Source: an uncultured virus (IMG/VR IMGVR_UViG_3300044642_001197) (Duplodnaviria > Heunggongvirae > Uroviricota > Caudoviricetes). From it: a stretch of 64,000 bases of DNA. The notes below the pieces were generated by a model that was given only the letters and a program-made list of their open reading frames with translations, was not told the origin of the DNA and did not search any database. The stretch's first letter is position 1; every line of letters starts with the position of its first letter. The translations under genes and the position numbers were made by a program. Shown piece after piece: positions 8,882-16,690 of the stretch. Where the stretch lies: the IMG/VR virus record IMGVR_UViG_3300044642_001197; one strand, 5' to 3'.

Positions 8882-9174
8882 TGTGTTAGGGATTTGCGGG
8901 AGCTGCCATTACCCCCCGCGCGACCGTAGAATAGGCCGCGGCCAGCGCCGAAGCCCTTGCCACCGTCGAGGCTGTAGCCGGCGCCGTCGCCGTAGCCGCT
9001 GCCGTTGCCGTCGTCGTAACTGACGAAACCGAACCCGTCTCCGTCGCCGTAGAGGCCGACGTAGCCATCGCCGGTGCCGTCGGCGTCGCCATCGCAGGAG
9101 CCGTTGTCCGAGTCGGCGCACCAGACCCATAGGTCTTCGCCCATGAGCCGGGCGATGGCTTGTTCTGTGTTCAT
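8878..9174 (-). CDS. leader + Gly-rich peptide family member (array B)
   Basis: MNTEQAIARLMGEDLWVW. Confidence 0.85.
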   Translation of the reverse strand: MNTEQAIARLMGEDLWVWCADSDNGSCDGDADGTGDGYVGLYGDGDGFGFVSYDDGNGSGYGDGAGYSLDGGKGFGAGRGLFYGRAGGNGSSRKSLTQ

Positions 9175-9410
9175 GAGGTGAATGATTCGCCGCCCCCACG
9201 GTGGCAGCCGTAACCGGAGCCGTAGCCGAGGTCTCGGTAGCCGTAGCCGTAGCCGATGCCAACGCCATCGCCCGCGTCAGAAAAGTCGGGGTCGTTGCCG
9301 CCGTCTCCGTGTCTGTCTCCGTATCCGGGGCCGTCCCCCGATCCGGGACGAGGGTTCCAAACATACAGGTCTACGCCCATGAGCCGGGCGACGGCTTGTT
9401 CTGTGTTCAT
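9171..9410 (-). CDS. leader + Gly-rich peptide family member (array B)
   Basis: MNTEQAVARLMGVDLYVW. Confidence 0.85.
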   Translation of the reverse strand: MNTEQAVARLMGVDLYVWNPRPGSGDGPGYGDRHGDGGNDPDFSDAGDGVGIGYGYGYRDLGYGSGYGCHRGGGESFTS

Positions 9411-9643
9411 GGTTTGCGAGAGGCGTCGCCCCCATCGGTGTGCCCGTAGGAGTAGCCGTCGCCGCAACCGTCGCCGCGATAGATCCCCTTGGGGCCGTAG
9501 TCCCCGACGCCCGAGCCGTCCTCGGGGTAATCCCCATACGGAGATCCTTCCCCAAGATCGTCGCTGACCAAGCGGGCAACTTGGTCCGTCCACACATGGA
9601 GGTCTGCGCCCATGAGCTGGGCGATGGCCTGTTCTGTGTTCAT
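9407..9643 (-). CDS. leader + Gly-rich peptide family member (array B)
   Basis: MNTEQAIAQLMGADLHVW. Confidence 0.85.
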   Translation of the reverse strand: MNTEQAIAQLMGADLHVWTDQVARLVSDDLGEGSPYGDYPEDGSGVGDYGPKGIYRGDGCGDGYSYGHTDGGDASRKP

Positions 9644-9942
9644 GGTTTGTTTGATCCTCCGTCACCGTGGCCGTCGCCGTAGTTGTCGATCCCCCAACTT
9701 CCATCGCCGTAGCTGCGAAACCCGTCATCGGGAAAAAAGCCGTCGCCACGACTGCGGTAGTTGCCGTCCCCTGTGCTGTCGCCCTCTTCATCGTCGCCGG
9801 GAGGCGTTGGGCCAAATCCGCAGCCGTCGCCGGTGCCGTAACCATACAAACCGTCGCCGATATTCAGGCCATAACTCGAGCAGGCGTTCCAGACATACAG
9901 GTCTGCGCCCATGAGCTGGGCGATTGTTTGTTGTGAGGTCAT
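9640..9942 (-). CDS. leader + Gly-rich peptide family member (array B)
   Basis: MTSQQTIAQLMGADLYVW. Confidence 0.8.
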   Translation of the reverse strand: MTSQQTIAQLMGADLYVWNACSSYGLNIGDGLYGYGTGDGCGFGPTPPGDDEEGDSTGDGNYRSRGDGFFPDDGFRSYGDGSWGIDNYGDGHGDGGSNKP

Positions 9943-10100
9943 GGTTTTCGCAGGAGTGCTCCGCGCATCGCGCTCCAAAGACTCCGGGTGAACCGGGCCA
10001 ACACCCCCGGGGGCTTGGGTGTTTGAATCCGCCGGACTAACTCCAGCATGGAATGGGGTGGGATACATGGGCGATCGCCTTCGTAACAACGGGGTTTCAT
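9939..10100 (-). CDS. small hypothetical protein (53 aa, not in ORF track)
   Basis: MKPRCYEG...LLRKP; ATGA overlaps on both sides. Confidence 0.5.
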   Translation of the reverse strand: MKPRCYEGDRPCIPPHSMLELVRRIQTPKPPGVLARFTRSLWSAMRGALLRKP

Positions 10101-10372
10101 AGGCCGAGGAATTGGTTGATGGCTTTGTAGGTGGGTTTGATGCCGAGTGCCCGGCAGGCATTGATGACGCCTTGGCCATCTTTGTTTCCAATGCCGCGCT
10201 GGAACGCTGCGACCATGCGCTCGGCAAGCTGCAACGGTGTTACCCTGCGGGAGACGTGCTCGTATCCCGGGTCCGTGGCAAAGAGGTGCGTGTAGGCTTG
10301 TTCCAGGGCTGCTTGGAACTGGTCACAGGGTTGCAGTGTTGCGGATGTGTTCGGCTCGGGCGCGGGCTTCAT
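10097..10372 (-). CDS. hypothetical protein
   Basis: C-terminal part of the track ORF looks protein-like; start uncertain. Confidence 0.5.
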   Translation of the reverse strand: MKPAPEPNTSATLQPCDQFQAALEQAYTHLFATDPGYEHVSRRVTPLQLAERMVAAFQRGIGNKDGQGVINACRALGIKPTYKAINQFLGL

Positions 10373-10715
10373 CGTGTATGGTTTTGTAGGTTTCGGGTGG
10401 GAGGTGGGCGCGGGCAGCTTCAACGAAGCATTGCTGGAAGGGCCGGTTGAGGGCGTCCCGCAGGCGGCTGCGTTGTCTGCTGAGTCCGCCAAGCCGGGCG
10501 TCGATGCGTGCGATGGCGTCGGCGTCTTCGCGGATGAGTTCGACCAACTCGCCCCATTCCCCGGGGGAGCACCCCGTGTCGCGGAGTGTCTCCTGCCGGG
10601 CTTTGAGTTCTTGAAGATCGGTGACGCAAGCGGCGCGTTGACGCTTGAGGTCATCGCGTTCGGCTTCGATCTCGGCGACCTGCGCTTCGAGGACAGAATC
10701 GTCGACGGGGTTCAC
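10323..10715 (-). CDS. coiled-coil hypothetical protein
   Basis: Heptad-like helical sequence; overlaps the JAB stop codon. Confidence 0.6.
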   Translation of the reverse strand: MNPVDDSVLEAQVAEIEAERDDLKRQRAACVTDLQELKARQETLRDTGCSPGEWGELVELIREDADAIARIDARLGGLSRQRSRLRDALNRPFQQCFVEAARAHLPPETYKTIHDEARARAEHIRNTATL

Positions 10716-11737
10716 TGGAGGCCCTCCAAGAAATCGCGCTCCTCCTGATCGGAGGCGGCGCGTTCTTCCAGCTCCGCCATTTCCTCCAGCGCCTCAATGG
10801 CTTCTTCCACGGGGATCCTGTGGTGGATCAGAACATCGAGGATGTCTTCCTGCGCCCCGGCAAGTTCTTTGAGGGCGTCCGCCATGGCCTGATACCCGAT
10901 GCCATACATGCGGAATTGTTCTTCGAGTTCGACGAGGTATTCGCCGCGGGTATCCTCGGCGGGCTCCTGTTCGAGCGGGACATTCCACACGCCGGGGGCC
11001 TGTTCGATGAGGCGGGTATACGGGCTCTGTTTGAGGGGGGTGTATGCGGGGAGGGTGTCGGCAAGCTTGGGCCGGGTCGCTTCAACCCGGACAACATTTT
11101 CCTTCCACCATGAGGGGAACTCGCCGTGCACGGGGGTCGTCAGGCAATGGGCGATGGCTTGGTCCCAGAGGTGTTCGGGCAACACGGCGAGGACTTCCTG
11201 CGGCACCACGTCGAACCAATCCGAGAGAACGGCTTGGTGCATGTGGGTGCGGAAGGATGTGCGCGCGTGGATGGAGTAACGGGCGGACTCCAGATCGCCG
11301 ATGGTGATGTGCAACCCTTCCTTGGTGCGTTCGTCGGCGGAGTCGGTGCCGGACTGGAAGGCGGAAGCGCGGCAATGGTGGTGCACCGTGCCGAACTGTT
11401 CCCAGCCAGCGCCGAGTCGCTGGAAGGTGGGCACAGTCTGCGGATGGTCCGGGAGCAGAGTGATAGTCATGCCATTAAAACCTTTCTGCGGGAGGACCAT
11501 CGCCGCCCAGCGATGGGTGTCGTAGTGGTAGAAGAGGTTAACCACGGTCTCGGACTTGGTGGTCTCTTGGCTCCATTCAAGGAAGGAGAGGACTTCGCGC
11601 CAGAGCGCCAGCGGGATCTTGCCACCGGCCCAGCGATTGGTGGGGGTGCGTTCTTCGAGGCGGAGTTCTTCAACCCCGGTCCAAGGGCCTGCGGTGATTT
11701 GACGGTAGGTTTTGTCTTTGAATGCGATGAGTTCCAT
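10712..11737 (-). CDS. JAB/MPN-family metallo-isopeptidase (prokaryotic Ubl system)
   Basis: Upstream Glu (KSETVV), then GTVHHHCRASAFQSGTD = HxH...S..D, then GLHITIG. Confidence 0.8.
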   Translation of the reverse strand: MELIAFKDKTYRQITAGPWTGVEELRLEERTPTNRWAGGKIPLALWREVLSFLEWSQETTKSETVVNLFYHYDTHRWAAMVLPQKGFNGMTITLLPDHPQTVPTFQRLGAGWEQFGTVHHHCRASAFQSGTDSADERTKEGLHITIGDLESARYSIHARTSFRTHMHQAVLSDWFDVVPQEVLAVLPEHLWDQAIAHCLTTPVHGEFPSWWKENVVRVEATRPKLADTLPAYTPLKQSPYTRLIEQAPGVWNVPLEQEPAEDTRGEYLVELEEQFRMYGIGYQAMADALKELAGAQEDILDVLIHHRIPVEEAIEALEEMAELEERAASDQEERDFLEGLQ

Positions 11738-11755
11738 AAGGGTGGGTGTGTTGGT

Positions 11756-12361
11756 TTAGTCTTCTTGTTCTTCGCGTTCACCGGCAGGGGTGAACTCGGG
11801 GTTGGTTTCGATGAGGCTGCGGAGTGCGGCCTTGAATGTGTTGTAAGACCCGGACACGCTGTGGTCTTCCCAGTGATGGCCGTCGCATTCTTCGTCGCCG
11901 TAGTCTATGTCGCCGTAGTCGATGTCGTTCGGGTATTCACTCTCTGCGGCCTCCTCCAAACGAGCCCGCACCTTGTCCACAAATTCGTCGAACGAATCGG
12001 ATGCGTCGGCGCATTCGAGAAGCTCGTCGTCTGAAAGCTCGATGTTCATGGTGGCGTTTATACTCCGCGTGTAGTTGGTGGAGCCCCGCTCTTCCCCTAA
12101 AAACTCCACATCCCAAGCGAAGCTGGAACGGAAGGGTGAGGCGCATGAGAGCTGCACCTGGGGCGGGGTAGGGGCGACCGATAGAATCCATTGGGCCACG
12201 GATTCGTAGGCGGTCAGTTCATCGGGGACACACTGGCCGAGGCGAGCCCGGATGTGGGCGCGGGTTTCCTCGGCGGTGGGTGCGTATTTGACGAGGGCGG
12301 CGAGGGTTGCGCCGAGGGTTGAGCGTAAGAGCCCAAGGTCGAGTGGAGTTTCTGTGTCCAT
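11756..12361 (-). CDS. acidic hypothetical protein in the Ubl module
   Basis: From MDTETPLDL; D/E-rich C-terminal half. Confidence 0.6.
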   Translation of the reverse strand: MDTETPLDLGLLRSTLGATLAALVKYAPTAEETRAHIRARLGQCVPDELTAYESVAQWILSVAPTPPQVQLSCASPFRSSFAWDVEFLGEERGSTNYTRSINATMNIELSDDELLECADASDSFDEFVDKVRARLEEAAESEYPNDIDYGDIDYGDEECDGHHWEDHSVSGSYNTFKAALRSLIETNPEFTPAGEREEQED

Positions 12362-12366
12362 AGGTT

Positions 12367-13008
12367 TTAGCGATCTGCGAATCGGATGGTGGTGAACTTG
12401 GCGAAGGAGACTTTGTGGTGCACGGGCCAGAACTCGCGCGGGTAGTGGTCTCGTTCCTTGGTGTGATACCAGTAGAGGTGGAGCATCTGGCCGCTGGCCC
12501 AGTCGTTGGCCAGGACAAGCTGCGGGTGGGTTTGCGACGCTGCACCCGTGCAACTCTGTGGCCGGGTGGGATCGTCGGAGGTGTCTGTGAGGATGTCGGG
12601 GTAGAACACCCGGGGATCGTTGAGTGTGCCGCGCCACTCGGGGTCATACCAATAGGCTTCGGCGTCCGTGTATTCGTTGGCACCGAACACGGCGGAGCAC
12701 CGGAAGTTGTCGCAGAGTTCGAGCGTTGCCTTGCGGGCTGCGTGGTTGTCGACCGCGCAGAAGAGGATGTCCCGGCGCCGAGGTTCAAGGCTACCGGGTG
12801 AGAGGTAACTGGTCACAGGGTTGCAGCCGTAGCGGGCGGCGAGAGCCTCGGACTTGAAGCGTCCGATGTCGGACTCTTCAAAGAGTTGGCGATCCAAGTT
12901 CTTGTGTTCGAGTTTGTCGCCGTCGACGAGGGTGAGTTCTTTCTTGAGGCGGACGAGCTTCGGCACCAACCAAGAGCCGACGCCGCCGCAGCCGATTACA
13001 TAGAGCAT
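12367..13008 (-). CDS. ThiF/E1-like adenylyltransferase
   Basis: IGCGGVGS, DGD..E.KNL.RQ, K (FKSEAL), AVDN, candidate catalytic Cys in QSCTG, PQL..AN. Confidence 0.9.
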   Translation of the reverse strand: MLYVIGCGGVGSWLVPKLVRLKKELTLVDGDKLEHKNLDRQLFEESDIGRFKSEALAARYGCNPVTSYLSPGSLEPRRRDILFCAVDNHAARKATLELCDNFRCSAVFGANEYTDAEAYWYDPEWRGTLNDPRVFYPDILTDTSDDPTRPQSCTGAASQTHPQLVLANDWASGQMLHLYWYHTKERDHYPREFWPVHHKVSFAKFTTIRFADR

Positions 13009-13319
13009 AGGTTTTTGTGTAGGGAGTAGGGTTCGGGTTTACGCAGAGCCGCAGTGATGTGAGGGGCGAGTTTCTGAAAGGTTGCGCTGAGTTCGTTGAT
13101 TAACTCGGGCGGGATCTCGACGCGGTGTGGGGAACTCGTGAAGTATGCGTAGATGGCTGCGACGGTCGGCAGCGTGTGCCCACAGTCCCCCCGCGCATAC
13201 GCCGGGGATGCTGCGTCCTGCGCGAGCTTGGCGGCAGAGAGCCGCAGGTTTTCCCTAGGGTCCGGAGGAAGGGGGGCAGTGAATTGGGTTTTGAGGTAGG
13301 TAAAAAGCTCTGTGCTCAT
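12996..13319 (-). CDS. hypothetical protein between E2 and E1
   Basis: ATGA-coupled to E2; overlaps the E1 start. Confidence 0.6.
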   Translation of the reverse strand: MSTELFTYLKTQFTAPLPPDPRENLRLSAAKLAQDAASPAYARGDCGHTLPTVAAIYAYFTSSPHRVEIPPELINELSATFQKLAPHITAALRKPEPYSLHKNLCSM

Positions 13320-14026
13320 AGGATGAAGTTTTCGAGGTAGGGATGGCTAACCATCGTGCAGGTGCCCTTGATGTGGTCGAGCGAGGGGGTGAAGGCCGGG
13401 GCTTCCGGGTCGATGGGGAACCGGAACAGGCGTTCGGCGGCTCCGGCTTGGTCGGTCAAGAGATCCGCATTCCAAGGTGACTCGTGGAAGTGTTCCAGTG
13501 CGCGGGTGAAGGCGGAGAGCAACGTGGGCTCTTCGATCGTGATGCTGCCCATGCACACCCGGGTGTCGTTGTAGACGTTGGGCAGGGGGAGTCGCCAGAA
13601 CCCGGGCGTGTCGGCCAATGTGGCGAAGAGGAAAGTGGATTCGACCTTGTGCCGGGTGCCACCCTCAGGGGGTGCAGACACCGTGCCGAAGATGAGGGTC
13701 GCGCACTCGGGCACGGCCCATGTCCGGGTCATTGTGAGGGTGTCGTTGCGGGACACGAAGGCGGGAACCAGTGTGTCCTCCTGCGCCTTGAATTGTGTGC
13801 GCAGGTTGAGGAAGGGGAGCCGGGTTGCGGTGAACTGTTTACCGTGTCGCGTGGTGACGGACACGCCGTAAGACGTGTCCCCGAGGTGGATCTTCGTAAG
13901 GTTCTTGACCGTGACCCGAGCGTCGGCGGCGACGATGCGCCCGAGGTCGGGGAGTTGGCCGAGGAAAGCGGCGTTGAGTTTGTAAACGCCCTCTGGAGAA
14001 ATGATGTAGTTGTCTTGGATATTCAT
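13316..14026 (-). CDS. prokaryotic E2-like protein (Prok-E2_D / PRTRC-B-like)
   Basis: RLPLPNVYNDTRVCMG (PNV..d..vC.G signature) and F..S.WN.DL. Confidence 0.7.
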   Translation of the reverse strand: MNIQDNYIISPEGVYKLNAAFLGQLPDLGRIVAADARVTVKNLTKIHLGDTSYGVSVTTRHGKQFTATRLPFLNLRTQFKAQEDTLVPAFVSRNDTLTMTRTWAVPECATLIFGTVSAPPEGGTRHKVESTFLFATLADTPGFWRLPLPNVYNDTRVCMGSITIEEPTLLSAFTRALEHFHESPWNADLLTDQAGAAERLFRFPIDPEAPAFTPSLDHIKGTCTMVSHPYLENFIL

Positions 14027-14032
14027 GAGTGC

Positions 14033-14072
14033 AAAGGAAAGGGGCCGCGCCGGTATGGATCGACGCGGCCCC
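14033..14072 (-). terminator. terminator/attenuator between the Ubl and E2 genes
   Basis: 9-bp stem GGGGCCGCG/CGCGGCCCC followed by TTTCCTTT on the minus strand. Confidence 0.6.
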
Positions 14073-14088
14073 GGGTTACTGTGGTGGG

Positions 14089-14637
14089 TTATGCCTTGGT
14101 GCAGGCGACATCGTGCACGGATACAACGTCGCTGTCCCTGAGCGGGATGTTGTTACCCTGTGGCACACCGGCCACGAAGCCTTGGACGTTGGTCCCATAG
14201 CCAAGGGCACCCTTGACCTGCGGATCGGCGAGCAAGGCGCCGATGGTGGTGCCGACGGGGGCAACACGGGAGACCGTGTTGCCAATCCCATACTTCACCA
14301 ATACGGTGAGGGTGGCGGGGGTTGCGAGCTCGGGGGTTGGCGCTGGTGCAGGGGCGGGGGCCGGGGCCGCAGGAGGGGCGACAGGCTCGGGGGTTGGTGC
14401 AGGGGCCGGAGCAGGGGCGGGCTCGGGGGCAACAGGCTCGGGGGCGGGCTCGATGTAGAACGCGAGGTCATAAGTCGCCCCGTCCACCACACTAGTGTAG
14501 ATCCTCCACACCGTGGAGGACGGCAGACCGAGCACCGACAGGAGAGGGGCCGCAAAGTCCCTAAGGGAAACCTCGAGGGTGGTGGGTGCGGGGGCGGGGA
14601 GGGTGAGGGTAACTTGGTTGTATTTGATGGTGATCAT
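14089..14637 (-). CDS. ubiquitin-like (beta-grasp) protein with Pro/Ala linker
   Basis: C-terminal ~72-aa domain with a beta-beta-alpha-beta pattern ending ...LRDSDVVSVHDVACTKA; lies upstream of E2/E1/JAB. Confidence 0.65.
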   Translation of the reverse strand: MITIKYNQVTLTLPAPAPTTLEVSLRDFAAPLLSVLGLPSSTVWRIYTSVVDGATYDLAFYIEPAPEPVAPEPAPAPAPAPTPEPVAPPAAPAPAPAPAPTPELATPATLTVLVKYGIGNTVSRVAPVGTTIGALLADPQVKGALGYGTNVQGFVAGVPQGNNIPLRDSDVVSVHDVACTKA

Positions 14638-14771
14638 GGCTGTTTTTGGTTGGGCTCGGTTTTGTGGTTGCGACCAAGGCATTGCCCGGATGCCGAGGCC
14701 GTGGTGAGGAGGCGTCTTTGCCCCCACGTCAGGGGTTCACCGATGAGGCAAACCCCTGAGGTGTGGGCAAC

Positions 14772-15308
14772 TTACTGCAACCCGGCAAACATGGGCCACT
14801 TGTCTAAGGTGACATCCATGAGGTGATTGAGTGCGTGATACGGGGCGATCACGTTGCCGGTCTTATCGAGCATGGTCTCAGCGGTGGGGCCTTCCAAGGC
14901 GATCTGTCCCAGGCCGCGCGTGGTGCCCCATACGCGGATGTTTCGGGCGTGGTGGATAACCACCATGTTGTCGGCGATTGATACGAGCCCGATGTAGACG
15001 AAGCCGTTGTCGAGGAGTGCGATTTTGATGCTAGGTGCCATATGTTTTAGTAGTTGTTTAGTAGTTTTGTTGCTTGTGTCTGAGGGAGAGTGTATGGGCG
15101 TGCAAGGAAGGCCGGTGCCTTTCCAGTGGTCGTAGTGTGCGGGGTAGCCGTCGCCGTCGGCGTTGCATTGGTAGTAATACCCATCACCCCAACCTTCCCC
15201 GCTGCGAAAGCCGCAATAGCAGCCGCCGCCCAGCTCAGGCTTGGCACTCCAGACGTGGAGGGCTTCACCCATGAGTCGGGCGATGGCTTGTTCGTGTGAG
15301 GTGGTCAT
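14772..15308 (-). CDS. leader + Gly-rich peptide in frame with a small beta-barrel (DUF6948/Sm-like) domain
   Basis: MTTSHEQAIARLMGEALHVW...; second ATG at 15041 starts MAPSIKIALLDNGFVYIG...RVWGTTRGLGQIALEGP. Confidence 0.7.
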   Translation of the reverse strand: MTTSHEQAIARLMGEALHVWSAKPELGGGCYCGFRSGEGWGDGYYYQCNADGDGYPAHYDHWKGTGLPCTPIHSPSDTSNKTTKQLLKHMAPSIKIALLDNGFVYIGLVSIADNMVVIHHARNIRVWGTTRGLGQIALEGPTAETMLDKTGNVIAPYHALNHLMDVTLDKWPMFAGLQ

Positions 15309-15559
15309 AGTCCGTGGGATGCGCCGTTGCCGCCGCTGTAGCCCGAGTTGATTCCGCAGCCGCAGCCGTAGCCGTTGCCGTTGCCTGTGCCTGTGCCGCA
15401 GCCGTGGCGGTGGCTGGAGCCGTATCCGGTGCCATAGCCGGGGCCGTGGCCGTTGCCACGATTGGTCCCCTTGGGGCCGTTACCCCGGCCCGGCTTGGCA
15501 TTCCAGACGTGGAAGTCCTCGCCCATGAGCCGGGCGAGGGCTTGTTCGTGTGAGGTCAT
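15305..15559 (-). CDS. leader + Gly-rich peptide family member (array C)
   Basis: MTSHEQALARLMGEDFHVW. Confidence 0.85.
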   Translation of the reverse strand: MTSHEQALARLMGEDFHVWNAKPGRGNGPKGTNRGNGHGPGYGTGYGSSHRHGCGTGTGNGNGYGCGCGINSGYSGGNGASHGL

Positions 15560-15789
15560 ATCCCGTGGGAGTAGCCGTTGCCGTAGATGAAGATGAAGCT
15601 GCGGTCGAAGCCGATGCCTTTGCCGTTGCTGTAGCCGCAGCCGATGCCGTCGCCGTGGCCGATGCTGCTGTAGCCGTCGCCATAGCCGGCGCCCGTGGGG
15701 TAGCCGTGGCCGTTACCTTGTTCTGGGTGGGCATTCCAAACTTTGAGGTCTTCGCCCATGAGTCGGGCAATGGCTTGTTCTGTGTTCAT
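15556..15789 (-). CDS. leader + Gly-rich peptide family member (array C)
   Basis: MNTEQAIARLMGEDLKVW. Confidence 0.85.
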   Translation of the reverse strand: MNTEQAIARLMGEDLKVWNAHPEQGNGHGYPTGAGYGDGYSSIGHGDGIGCGYSNGKGIGFDRSFIFIYGNGYSHGI

Positions 15790-15864
15790 TTTGTGTGTGG
15801 CGGGGAGGCAAAGCGCCGCCAAGTTCGGCGGCGGAACCTAGCGGCGCTTCACCCTAGCGCAAGG

Positions 15865-16089
15865 TTAAAGCAACCCGACGCTAACTTTTTTTGAGCCCCG
15901 CATCACCGTGACCACGGCAAACTTGGCCCGTTTCTTGGGCTTCTGGAATGACCAGTCACGGTCAAAGAACCGGTCGGCCTTGGCGATTGACGCCGCCCCG
16001 GCGACTGCCCTCAAGTTAGAGAGCTTGGTTTGGGGGCCGACGGGGGACAGGGGGCGAGGTTTGCGGGCGGTGGTGCGTTCGAAGAGCAT
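15865..16089 (-). CDS. small basic hypothetical protein
   Basis: 74-aa ORF preceded by an A/C-rich leader like other early genes. Confidence 0.45.
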   Translation of the reverse strand: MLFERTTARKPRPLSPVGPQTKLSNLRAVAGAASIAKADRFFDRDWSFQKPKKRAKFAVVTVMRGSKKVSVGLL

Positions 16090-16581
16090 GGCGATGGTTG
16101 GTTTAGTGGTTGCTTGGTTGCAGTGTTATGCTTCAACCCGGGCAAGTTCGGGAGTGAGGAGCGGGGCTTCTTGGTCCAGCTCCGAAAGGAAGCGGTAAAG
16201 CTCCATGCGCAGAGCTTGGCGCTCCCGGCGATTGGCTTTGGCTTTAGTGGTCTTGGTTGCTTTTGTGGTCTTGGTTGCGTTGGTCATAGGAAAAGGCGGT
16301 AGATGAGGGCCGCGTGGAGGGCCCAAAGGGTCACGGGCATGACCCGGTTGAGAATTTCAAGGGGGCGAGGCGAGAATTCTATTTGACTCGGCACCCTGTA
16401 ACAGGGCAGCGTGTGGCCAGCCGAAAGGCACTGACGACACGCTGATTTAACAGCAAAGGCGCAAGGGAAACCTTGCGCCTTCTTTTTTGCATTCATGGGG
16501 TGGTGCTATGTTAGCGGGTCCATGGCCAGCGATCTGGCTTCGGGGTGGGTTTGTATTGAGTCATAGGGTTGCTTGGTTGGT

Positions 16582-16688
16582 TTGTTACAGGGGCGCTTGG
16601 TGTTCGGGTTACAGGGGTGCCTTGTCACAGGGTTACAGGGGTGCCTTGTCACAGGGTTACAGGGGTGCCTTGTCACAGGGTTACAGGG
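16582..16688. repeat. 24-bp tandem repeat, about 4.5 copies
   Basis: GGGTTACAGGGGTGCCTTGTCACA exact at 16606, 16630 and 16654; degenerate copy at 16582, partial copy at 16678. Confidence 0.9.
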
Positions 16689-16690
16689 TA

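Noticed and set aside
2094..9914. Ala/Thr-rich (ATATA), Arg-rich and Ala/Val-rich ORFs overlapping the arrays
   Set aside because: These are alternative-frame and antisense shadows of the GGC-TAC/GGC-GAC codon repeats; only the leader-bearing frame shows ATGA coupling.
7360..9942. CRISPR array interpretation of the regularly spaced repeats
   Set aside because: Repeats are ~55 bp and degenerate, the intervening segments are ~180-250 bp open Gly-rich frames, and no cas operon is present.
12367..13008. ThiF as a classical RiPP maturase (YcaO/TOMM or microcin C type) or a thiamine/molybdopterin gene
   Set aside because: No YcaO, radical SAM, lanthipeptide or cofactor genes in the window; E2, JAB and Ubl neighbours fit conjugation better. 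A peptide-modifying role is not fully excluded.
2206..15789. Diversity-generating retroelement or retron as the source of peptide variation
   Set aside because: No reverse transcriptase in the window and no adenine-specific TR/VR pair seen.
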